Shown here one piece after another: positions 50,900 to 62,888 of a stretch of DNA of 64,000 nt (within the stretch, counting starts at the first letter, position 1; every line of letters begins with the position of its first letter). Where the stretch lies: NCBI GenBank assembly GCA_964187785.1, contig OZ076411.1, forward strand, positions 8,122,001 to 8,186,000, given 5' to 3'. The notes beneath the pieces are model-generated. The model was not told the origin of the DNA. It made no database searches and saw nothing but the letters and a program-made list of their open reading frames with translations. A program made the position numbers and the translations under genes. This stretch comes from Amphiscolops sp. MND2022. Taxonomy: Eukaryota.

Positions 50900-53800
50900 T
50901 AGGTTTTCAATTCATTTCAGGTGGTTTAACAAAACTGTTAGATACTTTAGTACACTTTCTCTTATGGGGGGGGGTCTTAAGGAGGATTTGGCTGTCAATT
51001 CAAACTTTCAAAAGTATTGAAATTGATTTCATTCAAAAATTTAAACCCCCTTCTGAACTTTCACTGTGAACTAATTCTTTGTATTGTTTTCACTGTTTGA
51101 ATGCTATCCATTGTGTTTTATGAAACTTTCTCCTAACAACCGGTGGCGGGGTGTGGAATAACGAACTGAATATAGATCATAAAACTTTTTGGGACTTCCG
51201 GTAAAACCCCCATTCCCCCCAGCGATTTATCCCCGTTACCAAAAGTCCTAAAAAGTTTCCTTATTGCTTCTAAAGTTCTGAAGTAAGACAATGGAATTTG
51301 TTGTTAAATGTTTGCTGGATTTTGCTTCGTTTTTATTCAATTCATTTCACGTGGTTTAACAAAATTGTTAGATACTTTAGTACACTTTCTCTTATGGGGG
51401 GTCTTAAGGAGGATTTGGCTGTCAATTCAAACTTTCAAAAGTATTGAAATTGATTTCATTCAAAAATTTAAACCCCCTTCTGAACTTTCACTGTGAACTA
51501 ATTCTTTGTATTGTTTTCACTGTTTGAATGCTATCCATTGTGTTTTATGAAACTTTCTCCTAACAACCGGTGGCGGGGTGTGGAATAACGAACTGAATGA
51601 AGATCATAAAACTTTTTGGGACTTCCGGTAAAACCCCCCATTCCCCCCAGCGATTTATCCCCGTTACCAAAAGTTCTAAAAAGTTTCCTTATTGCTTCTA
51701 AAATTCTGAAGTAAGACAATAGAATTTGTTGTTAAAGGTTTGCTGGATTTTACTTCGTTTTTATTCTGAAGTTGAACATCGAAGTGGGGAACTTGGTGAC
51801 CGCTTTGCCAACCGGTGAATCACTTGGTGAGTTCCATGAATCCCGTTTTGGTGGGACGCGAGGTATTTGTTGAGATTGTGACACCAGAGGCGTTTGCTGC
51901 GCACGAGGCAGTTGCTGCGCAGGCGCTGGAGGGGCCTCATGTATCGGGGGTGTCCTTACGGTAGATGTTTGAAGAGAGTCGCCGCCCAGATTAAATCTGG
52001 CGACAGTCTCGACCTTCTGGAAACTGGGATAGAGTACTGGAAGTTCGGGCGACTCATCTTCCAAATCTGAGTCCAGCCGTTCATCAGGTGGGGCTTCTGA
52101 CGATTTCTCGCTAAGACAGTCTTCGTCGTCTCTTCGATTCGCAAGTCGGTCAGAGTAAATGTCCAGCACGAGCGCTCTTTCTTCTTCCGTGCCGTTCCGA
52201 TGCAAGTATTTCTCCCTCGCCGTCTTCTCGCTGTGAGCGGTCTGAGCGACGTGAGCTTTTGTGATACCATCGCTCACCTTGCTTTTTATAACGTTCCAGA
52301 GACGCTCCCAGAACTTCCAAATCGAATTAGCGTTATATCGCACTTTCTCGGGATTGTCTCCAAAAATTTCCTGGAAACTTTCTTGGGGACCTCGAGAAAT
52401 GCTTGTCTACACCTTGTTGACGGACGATGCAAAAATGTATGAAGGCTCTGTATTGAATTCTTCGATGAACTTTGCCTTGATGGCCCTCAAAAACTGCCTT
52501 TGATCTGGTTGAAGGAAGATATGGACGGTATAATACTTGCCCGTTTTGTGGCTCGTCGTCAGGGCTTTGTCCGTCTTGTCAATTTCCTCAAATTCTTCCC
52601 AATTGAGGTTGAGAATGGGTCCGGATCTAGGTAAAAAGAATTTGTTCAGACAAGTATTTGGGAAAAAATATGTTAAAGGTTTCATCTAGGATCGTTTAGG
52701 TTTTCAATTCATTTCAGGTGGTTTAGCAAAACTGTTAGATACTTTAGTACACTTTCTCTTATGGGGGGGTCTTAAGGAGGATTTGGCTGTCAATTCAAAC
52801 TTTCAAAAGTATTGAAATTGATTTCATTCAAAAATTTAAACCCCCTTCTGAACTTTCACTGTGAACTAATTCTTTGTATTGTTTTCAATGTTTGAATGCT
52901 ATCCATTGTGTTTTATGAAACTTTCTCCTAACAACCGGTGGCGGGGTGTGGAATAACGAACTGAATGAAGATCATAAAACTTTTTGGGACTTCCGGTAAA
53001 ACCCCCCATTCTCCCCAGCGATTTATCCCCGTTACCAAAAGTCCTAAAAAGTTTCCTTATTGCTTCTAAAGTTCTGAAGTAAGACAATGGAATTTGTTGT
53101 TAAAGGTTTGCTGGATTTTACTTCGTTTTTATTCAATTCATTTCAGGTGGTTTAACAAAACTGTTAGATATTTCAGTACACTTTCTCTTATGGGGGGGTC
53201 TTAAGGAGGATTTGGCTGTCAATTCAAACTTTCAAAAGTATTGAAATTGATTTCATTCAAAAATTTAAACCCCCTTCTGAACGTTCACTGTGAACTAATT
53301 CTTTGTATTGTTTTCACTGATTGAATGCTATCCATTGTGTTTTATGAAACTTTCTCCTAACAACCGATGGCGGGGTGTGGAATAACGAATTGAATGAAGA
53401 TCATAAAACTTTTTGGGACTTCCGGTAAAACCCCCCATTCCCCCCAGCGATTTATCCCCGTTACCAAAAGTCCTAAAAAGTTTCCTTATTGCTTCTAAAG
53501 TTCTGAAGTAAGACAATGGAATTTGTTAATAAAGGTTTGCTGGATTTTACTTCGTTTTTATTCTGAAGTTGGACATCGAAGTGTGGAACTTGGTGACCGC
53601 TTTGCCAACCGGTGAATGCCTTGGTGAGTTCCATGAATCCCGTTTTGGTGGGCGCGAGGTATTTGTTGAGATTGTGACACCAGAGGCGTTTGCTGCGCAC
53701 GAGGCAGTTGCTGCGCAGTCGCTGGAGGGGCCTCATGTATCAGGGGTGTCCTTACGGTAGATGTTTGAAGAGAGTCCCCGCCCAGATTAAATCTGGCGAC

Positions 53801-54700
53801 AGTCTCGACCTTCTGGAAACTGGGATAGAGTACTGGAAGTTCGGGCGACTCATCTTCCAAATCTGAGTCCAGCCGTTCATCAGGTGGGGCTTCTGACGAT
53901 TTCTCGCTAAGACAGTCTTCGTCTCTTCGATTCGCAAGTCGGTCAGAGTAAATGTCCAGCACGAGCGCTCTTTCTTCTTCCGTGCCGTTCCGATGCAAGT
54001 ATTTCTCCCTCGCCGTCTTCTCGCTGTGAGCGGTCTGAGCGACGTGAGCTTTTGTGATACCATCGCTCACCTTGCTTCTTATAACGTTCCACAGACGCTC
54101 CCAGAACTTCTAAATCGAATTAGCGTTATATCGCACTTTCTCGGGATTGTCTCCAAATAATTCCTGGAAACTTTCTTGGAGACCTCGAGAATTGCTTGTC
54201 TCCACCTTGATGACGGACGATGCAAAAATGTATGAAGGCTCTGTATTGAATTCTTCGATGAACTTTGCCTTCATGGCCCTCAAAAACTGCCTTTGATCTG
54301 GTTGAAGGAAGATATGGACGGTATAATACTTGCCCGTTTTGTGGCTCGTCGTCAGGGCTTTGTCCGTCTTGTCAATTTCTTCAAATTCTTCCCAATTGAG
54401 GTTGAGAATGGGTCCGGATCTAGGTAAAAAGAATTTGTTCAGACAAGTATTTGGGAAAAAATATGTTAAAGGTTTCATCTAGGATCGTTTAGGTTTTCAA
54501 TTCACTTCAGGTGGTTTAACAAACTGATAGATACTTTAGTACACTTTCTCTTATGGGGGGGGTCCTAAGGAGGATTTGGCTGTCAATTCAAACTTTCAAA
54601 AGTATTGAAATTGATTTCATTCAAAAATTTAAACCCCCTTAGTTCTGAAGTAAGACAACGGAATTTGTTTTTAAAGGTTTGCTGGATTTTACGTTTTTAT
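50900..54700. repeat. ~430-bp intronic sub-repeats interleaved with ~1.8-kb duplications of the YR exon
   Basis: Near-identical units at about 50910, 51330, 52700, 53130 and 54500 (last one truncated). Confidence 0.85.
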
Positions 54701-55254
54701 TCAAGAAGTGTTTTCGGAATCTCATGAAGTTAGTTCAGTTATTCAACTCGTCACCCGATAGGATCCCCCCTGTCAGCACAATGTAAATTCTCTGGTAATG
54801 TAAATGGTTTAATTAGGTTGTTTAATACGCGTCACTATGTAATCATTGTGATACAGCGCGTGCAGCACACGTTGTAAAACAATGTAATGTATTATAATAT
54901 GTCTTGCATACAACGTGTATTAGATTGTACGTGCACTTCAATGCGTGCTCACGGTGTATGTTTTGCATATACTGGAAATCACTACTAAATCCAGCGCATA
55001 TGGTTTCAAACACGTAATTTACAATCAGAGTTTTTTCCACGAAATTGCTCAGGTTTTTTTCAATTTTGTGCTTCTTAATCTCCTCACTTCCTTTCGGCAG
55101 AATACAGTTTTCGTTACCAATCAATTTTAGGTCTATAAAAAGACTATTTTTATAGAGACTCTTTTTAAAAAGATGTTATTTAAAAAGTTGCAGTTATCTG
55201 GCTGCTGCTGAGAAGTGGACAGCTTAGTCTTTGGATTTTTTATATACTCTTAAA

Positions 55255-55815
55255 TTAAAACAATGAAAAAAACAGCGAGATGTGATTTCGAGTAGAAATA
55301 ATAAAAAAACGACGTAATGTGATTTCAAGTAGAAATAATAAATACAACAGGTTGTGATTCCGAGTATATTCAACAGAAAAACAACGGGATGTGATTTCGA
55401 GTAAAAACAATGAAAAAAAAACAACGGGATGTGATTTCGAGCAGAAATAATAAAAAAAAACAACGGCATGTGTTTTCGAGTAGAAACGATGGAAAAAACA
55501 ACAGCATGTGATTTCGAGTAGAAACAATGAAAAAAACAACGGGATGTGATTTCGAGTAGAAATAATAAAAAAACAACGGGATGTTATTTCGAGTAGAAAT
55601 AATAAAAAACAACGGCATGTGTTTTCGAGTAGAAACATGAAAAAAAAACAAAAGGATGTGATTTCGAGAAGAAACAATGAAAAAGCTAACGGGATGTGAT
55701 TTCGAGTAGAAAAACAAATTAACGGGATGTGATTTCGAGTAAAAAAAAATAAAAAACAACGTGATGTCATTTCGATTAAAACTAATGAAAAAACAACGGG
55801 ATGTGACTTCGAGTA
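55255..55815 (+). repeat. Motif array 3, inside intron 2 of the SET-YR gene
   Basis: About 14 units of AACAACGG(G/C)ATGTGATTTCGAGTAGAAA. Confidence 0.95.
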
Positions 55816-58800
55816 GAAACGATGAAACGAAACAACTTTACCAACCTTGTATTGATCCGAGCTTGTAGGAGGAAAAAGTTGAGTGCCTGTTGCTTCCTGT
55901 ACGATAGTGTATTTTGTTGCATATTTGTAGTTAAAATTTCCAGCACTTGTCGGTACCTTAACCTGACTTGTTCATTGCTGGGTACAAGAGCTAACATTTT
56001 TTCTGAAGCTTGATGCGCATTCAAAGCTGCTGGACTGAAGGCTTTGCGTGCGGCTGCTATGGCAGCTTTCATCCGGTCAAATCCATCGTCACATTTCGCA
56101 ATCTCCCTGTTGAGGTAGCATTGATCCACGAAAAGCTTGAAAATCGACAGATAGTTCAGCATAGTCTGCGGCTTCAGGTTCTTCGCAGTCTTCATCTCAA
56201 GACACCCCTTGACAAGAAGCTCGGGGGATCTCAGAGAGCGCGTCATATTGAAAATCTGCGCCATCAGTTTCACAATGCCCCCCCTGTCAAGGCTCCACTT
56301 GCGATTCTCACCACTGCACTTGGAAATATCTGTCTGAAATTGGACGAAGCGCTCAGCAACATCCAAGTCTCTCGAGCTTGGCAAAAAGTTTGACTTCGCT
56401 GCCGCTCTGATTTCTGCTGGCAACGAACTTCTGCTCTCCGGGTTGGGCACTTTGACGATAGTGGAACAGTCACACTTGTTGACGTGCTTGTGGGTGATTA
56501 TAGAGGCAAATCGTGTGAAGCACTTTGCACAATCATAAACAACTTTCCTCTGGGTCTTGGCGTTCCTGCATCTATAAAAAGCCAAGCAGAAACGTCGCGG
56601 TCTTTCGTCAAAGATGTCTGATTGCCTTTGAACCAGATGCCTATCGATTCGATTTATCTCTGAATGGCCGCTGTACTTCGCCGTGAATCTTGAGCGGCAA
56701 CCTCAATTTCCTTAGGAAGGGGCAATTGACCCTCCTCTGGTGTTGCTGCAGCAGGGGGGCTTAGTTGAGCGGCCACGTCAAGTTCCTCCGGAAGGGGCAA
56801 TTGATCATCCTCCTGTGTTGCTGCAGCAGAGGGGCTTAGTTGAGCGGCAACCTCAATTGGCGTAGTCTTCTTGGACGCACACGAAGGGCATTTGCAGTCA
56901 ACATTGCCAGGCCCAAAGTAGTCATCTGTGTAGGATACTGTTAGTTCTTCCCCCGCACCAAAGCTCTTTTTGTCTTTATAAAGATAAATGTTGAATTTCT
57001 CTCACCACGACAAATGTACTAGCAATTTGGTTCGCAGTTGTGATTTATGAAACTGTCTGGGCCCAACATAACCATGTCGTTGATTCCCGGTCTTTTGAAG
57101 TAGGAGAACTGGCTGGATCGCGGCAGCTGGTCCTTCTTCACTTTCGCACCGAATCCCTTCATACCCCCTATTTCGGTGTCCTTCTGAATGTCTTCTCTCG
57201 CAACCACTGCCATCTCTGAGAAACTAGTGTAGTTTCCATACGATGGCATATTAACATATTTCACAAACTCCATGCTCTGAATGTAACTTGTGTAAATCAT
57301 AGAATACAATTTTTTGTGCTTTTTGTCGCTCGAAATCAATTGTTCCACATCAGGGTGTTGTTGACAGAGTTTGTGACTTTTTGTGAAAACATCGTCAATG
57401 AGCTGCGCGGTAATTTTTGCATCCAAAAAACCCAGAATCTGCCAGGCTTCGTAGCAATGCTTCGTTATCAAATAGTCCTAAAACATTTCAAAGTTAGGTC
57501 AAAAACGACAATTTTTAATTCCATCACAAGTTTTGACGTTTGCTAATTACAGGTTTGGTTCTCTCGAACTAAGCTTTCCTGAGAAGCAGTATTTGGCAAA
57601 AAAAGAAAAACTACCGTTTTAAAATTGCAGACGTTTACTGCTTACTGAAAACAAAGTGTCTTAAAACAGGGAGCAGAACAATCCCATATTTTCAGATGCC
57701 ATTTTAAAGTCGATGAAAACATACAAAACGTTTAGAAGTTTAATTCTTTGATTTGCCAATGATTACCTTTGTAAATTCCTCCGCCTTGTGGAATTCATTT
57801 TGAACCACGCTCACTGTTGCCCTCTTACACTGCTCATTGTGATTAGGAATCGTTTCCAGGTCAAAAGCGTAATCCATGAAAAGGAAAGTTTCAGAGCTTG
57901 CATAGCTAATGCACTGGACTACTGGGGGTCTTTCAGACGTCAAAACATGGGCGAAGTTTGCCATTGCAAGTAAGACTGGGAGTGGGTCAGTCTTCTCAGC
58001 ATGTTTTCGGCAGTCCACATTTTCTGGCACATCAACAAAAGTAATAGATGGCTCCTTTCTCACATTCTTCGATTGTCTTGGACAGTCTTGCGTTTCCGAC
58101 TGTTCTGCAAAAGTCGAACTTGAGATTGGGAGTGGATCTGTAACTGTGTTGTTTCTTACCCTCTTTGATTGTCTTCGACAATCTTGCGTTTCCGACTCTT
58201 CCGCAAAAGTCGAGTTTAGGACTGAGAGTGGCTGTGTAACTTTTTCAAGGTTGTTAAATATTTTTTTCACGCAAAAGTTTGAACAGGCCTCTCATTGATA
58301 ATTATTGAAAAACACACTACCGTGGAAAGCATTGTGTTATTCACAACGATTTATCATTTTTTGTCAAATTTTTCGTTCTTCAAAATTTCAACAAAGGAAC
58401 ATAAAGCATGAAAGTTATTCAAAGAGTTTGTTTTGGAAGAATGTTTGGAAAAACAGTTTTCAAAATCGTTTTTTTGGCAGTTAATTCAGGTGTTTTTTTC
58501 AACAACCTTGTTCGGATGGCTTCGCATTGTTTTTTGTGGCTATCGGGGAGATTTGAAGTGCTCTTCCTCTCAGTTGACGGGGCATTTTAATGAATTGAAG
58601 TTTGGAATGGGAAACTAAGATAAAAGTGATTGAGAATTTCAAAAGATTGAAGATTCAAAATAGTTGATCGCAGAAGCAAAGTTGGTTCTGTGAAGTCGAA
58701 TTGGTTGAACGATTGGAGAAAAGATTTTCTCTAGTTTTTAGACGGATGTAGTTGTGTTAAGATTGAGAATTTCAAGTGAATGAAGATTCGTAGTTGATCG

Positions 58801-59442
58801 CAGAAGCGAAGTTGGTTTTATGGGTTCTTTCGCGGACGTCTTCGATATTTATACCCTGTTAATTACTTGTTAATCAATAAGTTGGTGTCAAGTACTCGAC
58901 CCTCCTACAGGGCCTTCGGTCATGGTTGATTTATATGGACTTTTTCATCACATCCAAAGATCCCCAAGCGTACTTTTACATTTTAAGTTGTCACTGATAA
59001 TTGCTTCCTTCCTATTATCCTCGTTGTGGCACAAGTCAGTGCTTTAAATTGTTACGCCGAATAATTATAAATTGGCATGTCCTAATCAACCAAACTACTG
59101 CGTAAATGGTGTGGTCACGTGACTAGGCAACAAGTCGAAGCAATGGCGAAATAGTTTTTGAACCCCCAAATAAATATGGCGAAATAATCCAACTTAAGGT
59201 GATTTATGAAAGTCTTTCACGAGTCTTGAGACGAGTTGTCAAAACGATATTCCTATTACGGGTAACCATTTGTCAGATACTTGGTGAACCAAGAAATGAG
59301 AAAAACAAGTATTCTTGCAATTGTACTGTGAATATATCATGGTGAGTTGGCCAGATTGGTAAAAGTGACAATAGGACCCGAAAAATATTTCATTGCTAAA
59401 CCAAACTCATTTTCTGAAGTCGTTACTTATTGAAAACAAAGA

Positions 59443-59575
59443 AAATCACACCGCGTTGTTATTTCTTAGAATTACTCCGACTCACATCGCGTTGTTGTTT
59501 CATTTCAATACACGAAATCACACCGCGTTGTTATTCCATTGAAATACTCGAAATCACACTGCGTTGTTATTTCAC
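59443..59575 (-). repeat. Inverted-orientation copies of the cassette motif (GAAATCACACCGCGTTGTT); another at about 60746
   Basis: Reverse complement of AACAACGCGGTGTGATTTC seen at about 42585. Confidence 0.8.
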
Positions 59576-59752
59576 TGAGATAGCTCTCTGAAAATATTTT
59601 TTAAACTCTAGAAAGCGCTAGTCTTCGACAAGAATTTGCTCATTCAAGATGAAAAAGATGAAAACAATCAAAAATTATTTCTTCATAACTTTTAAATAAA
59701 AAATTAAATAAAAACTAAAAAGGCATAATAGTTTCCAGACACTAAGGGTTTT

Positions 59753-60327
59753 TCAGACACTTGCGTCAAATTTGACACGTCTTGGGTGTTCGCTGGGCAA
59801 ATCGTCGGCTCGACAAGTTTTCTCTATTGCTGCCTTAAGCGGTTTGCTAAAACCAGCTATGGTCACGTGGACGCCGTCTTTTCTAAACCAGTTTCTTTTT
59901 TCGTCAGCTCTGAAAAAGGGGACATCGTTCCTCGCGCAGGCCTTGCACAACTCCTCCTTATGGTTCCCTGGAAGGGCCGGCCGTTTACCGATAACGGTTA
60001 ACATTTCCACGCCTCTTTGCTCCAGTTCACTCCCCACTTTCCGAAGGTGAACTGCTATTTGTTCTGGGTTTTGTCGATACTTCTTTAAACTTTGGAACCT
60101 TGGGTCTTCTGTTGGGAAACTGTTGAGTAAAATATCTGCATAGATAATTATCAGTCGGGGAGACTTTTTAGAGCAAGGGCAAAAGGGTTTTGCCACCTCC
60201 GCGGGTTTTCTTTCTCGTGAAGGGTCCTTGCACCAGAGGCCCAGATGCATTCTGTATTTTTCTCAAAGCCACAGTCTTTGAAAATCCTGCCGTTGGAGGC
60301 AGCCACCACAATAATTTTTGACATCCT
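59753..60327 (-). pseudogene. SGNH/GDSL-like protein with one frameshift near 60165
   Basis: MSKIIVVAASNGRIF…WASGA…(frameshift in A-run)…IIIYADILLNS…RKDGVHVT. The block V DGVH motif is present. Confidence 0.55.
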
Positions 60328-60844
60328 GGCACGGTATTGATAATGAGTGTTTGATTTTAGGAGTATGATCAATTTTATGATTTCAGTGAAAAGTTTGAAT
60401 CAGCGAATGGATAGATTCAAACAATTTCTCTCTGGTGAAGACTCTTTTTTGACTCAATCAAGTCCATGAAAACCAAATGTACGCAAATACTCCGTTTATA
60501 CATTTATACATGGCAGGTATAATATTAATCATTACAATGAACATATAATTTGTACTTTTCCATCCTTGCCGGCTACATTTCCATCGTTGCCAGCATCTTT
60601 GCCAACAAAGTCTGTTTTTCTATTCAGAAGTTCTTTCACTTTAGGTGAAAACTAGAAGCTTGAAGGCTTGAATGAAGATGTTGGAATTTCTCCCCCTAAT
60701 AAAGTTTTTTTGAAAGGGCGGTGCTTGGGAGTTGAAAACACTTGAAATCACACCGCGTTGCTATTTCATTTAATAGTCTCGAAGTCACGATATTGTATCA
60801 TTAAGATATAAAGTTATACATATTTATTACATTCATAAAAGTCT

Positions 60845-61020
60845 CGAAGGACGATGGCAGCTACAACGCTAACCATTTCGCCACCCGCCTAGCCTTGAGC
60901 AAGAACACGGTCAAGTGCAGCGAGCACAGAATTTACTTGAAGTTTGTCTCATCAGCTGACAGCATGGCGAACTAATACCACTGGGGGATTGGGTAGACTC
61001 AAGACGATACAGCATAAGAA
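60845..61020. mobile_element. Possible SINE fragment
   Basis: A-box-like TGGCGAAATGG on the minus strand and a CCTTGAGCAAGAACAC core-like motif; no B box. Confidence 0.3.
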
Positions 61021-62888
61021 ATAACTTTAAGCCATGCACGAGTGTCAGGTTTAGATGACTGAAAGCCGACCAGCTGACCGGCTAGCCCTCCGCCGATTAA
61101 ACGATGAAACGATTGAGGTCGAAATGGATGCCAGACAGTGAACTAAAATGTACTTTTGCTGGAACGCGCTGTAATCTGTAAACATTAGTATAAACATCGC
61201 TCGCAGTTTCAATTTTGTCATTCCAACAATCAATTCAATTATTAATCACTGCATCATTTTTTAGTCAATCCAAGCAGTTGTGACTTAAGTGCTTCAATAA
61301 TTGTTCGTTCCAATTCTGAAAAATATGTTTGTAGTAGGTTTGTAGAGTTTTACAAACTTGCTTTCTACGAACTTTCTACTATAATCCAGTAAATTGTACT
61401 TTCCTACAACATCATAAAGTCAACATCGAGACGGGTTCGAGAACTATCGAGAAGTTTCGATTATTTGTTACTCGAAAAAGTGGAATTGACTTGTTTTTCA
61501 ACATGACAACAACAAAAACATTGTATTTCTGTGAAACGATCTGCGACCCGGCAAAAATTTTGCTAATGTTTTCAAGCGGTTCTAAAGTTTCTGCGTCTCT
61601 CAATTTTGGATTGAAGTTTTGATTACTGCCAAGTAATTCTTCGAATCGCAGAATTCGTCAAAGACCCATGTGAATTAATCAAAATGCAACATCAGCTTTA
61701 TAGATAGTTGCCACCGGTTAATACTGATTGTGTAGTCGGTTGCGGCGCAACTTTTCAAGTAGTCGCTAGTTTACGTAAATAATGTCATTTTCATGTCTGG
61801 CTTAATTTTTAACTCATCCGCAAAAAAACATTTCCGTGAAATTGACGAGGAACCAGTAGAGGAATTTCACACAAATGACGAGAATAAAGAATTCGAGAAC
61901 AGCACGTCCATTGACAGTTTTGTTGATGGTGTACAATAGTTCTTTAGGAGTGCTCAAAAAGAGTTTTTGTTTGAATTTCAAGCCTTCAAGTCTCGGTAAT
62001 ATACCAAGCATAGTCTTCAACTTTTGATATTCTAGAGTTAACGAACCTTCTCTGTCGACGGACCACTCACAAATTGTGAGATAAAACAATTAATATAAAA
62101 AGAATTGTCTAAATATTGTAATTCTCGAATTCAAGAAGCCACTTTGGCTTTGGCAAAACAATATTTACAGAAAACTGCAATAAAACTTCGGAGAGGTTCA
62201 ACAAAATATCAACGTTTTGTCAAATAAGAAATAAACGTTTTTAAGTTTGATTGGCTGCCCAGCAGCGCCTAACAGGTGTGATGTACTGAAAAAATATTCT
62301 TCATTAAATAGGGCATCAAACAGAGCCTAAAATTATTTCATTTACCGATTATCAGCAGAAAGTTTCATTTATAGTTGCTCCAAGATGCTTTCAGTTGTTG
62401 CCGGGTCCAACTTTCTTCCTTTTGACTGAAAACCTTGGTTCGAAATTTCGTTCAAGATGTTTCTTTACTCTGATACTTGCTTCGAAAATTTCTAGAATTT
62501 ACCAGATTCCTCAACAATTGGGAATCACTCAGCGATAGTTCCATAAAATGTATCGGTGCTCTAAGGTAGTTGAGATCTATTCCAGACTGTCATTCAGTAA
62601 AGGAAGCTTTCGTAATTTGGCGATTGATCTATTGAAAACACCGTTCGACGTTTTCACTTTTACAACGCGTACGAATTTGTCGGGTCCGCTAATTTGTCGG
62701 GTCCGCGTTGTTCGACCGAGGGGCCACTGGATTGGATTAACATGATAGGTCAAACATACAAGATCACCGAATCCTTATTTTTCGCTTTCACTTTTCTCTT
62801 TTAGACGTTCTTGCAAGGAAGAAACGTACTCATTTGTCCAACGCTTCGAAAAACTACCCAAAAGATTTTGCAGAACAAACCAACGTTT

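Larger units (their letters stand above)
49747..58295 (-). pseudogene. SET (Suv4-20-like)-tyrosine recombinase fusion gene; exons about 58295-57767, 57477-55846, and catalytic exon 50830-49747 (truncated duplicates 54419-~53563 and 52626-~51766)
   Basis: Splices AAG|GTAATC to TTTTAG|GAC (phase 0) and ACAAG|GTTGG to CCTAG|ATCC (phase 2), giving …INT-R-SGPILNL. SET: MLGPDSFINHNCEPNC…GEELTVSY…YFGPGNVDCKCPSC. YR: R, HKT, NSIWK, AHSEKTAREKY. Lesions: TAG 57019, frameshift about 56960, TAA 56654. Confidence 0.8.

Noticed and set aside
54843-55124. ORF as the next exon of the SET-YR gene
   Set aside because: No recombinase motifs. The phase-2 join to ATCCGGACCC restores the catalytic Arg and is far better supported.
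43868-55770. ORFs such as EITSRCF…/RNHIPLF… (43868-44232, 46497-47496, 55224-55770)
   Set aside because: They are translations of the stop-poor motif arrays, two of which lie inside introns.
60845-60900. tRNA gene
   Set aside because: A-box-like motif only; no B box or cloverleaf.
42077-61300. Terminal direct/inverted repeats or a TSD for the cassette
   Set aside because: None found by eye. The left end may lie in or beyond the gap, so boundaries are left undefined.
61412-62089. Two short minus-strand ORFs as a gene
   Set aside because: No recognisable motif and no consistent splice model.
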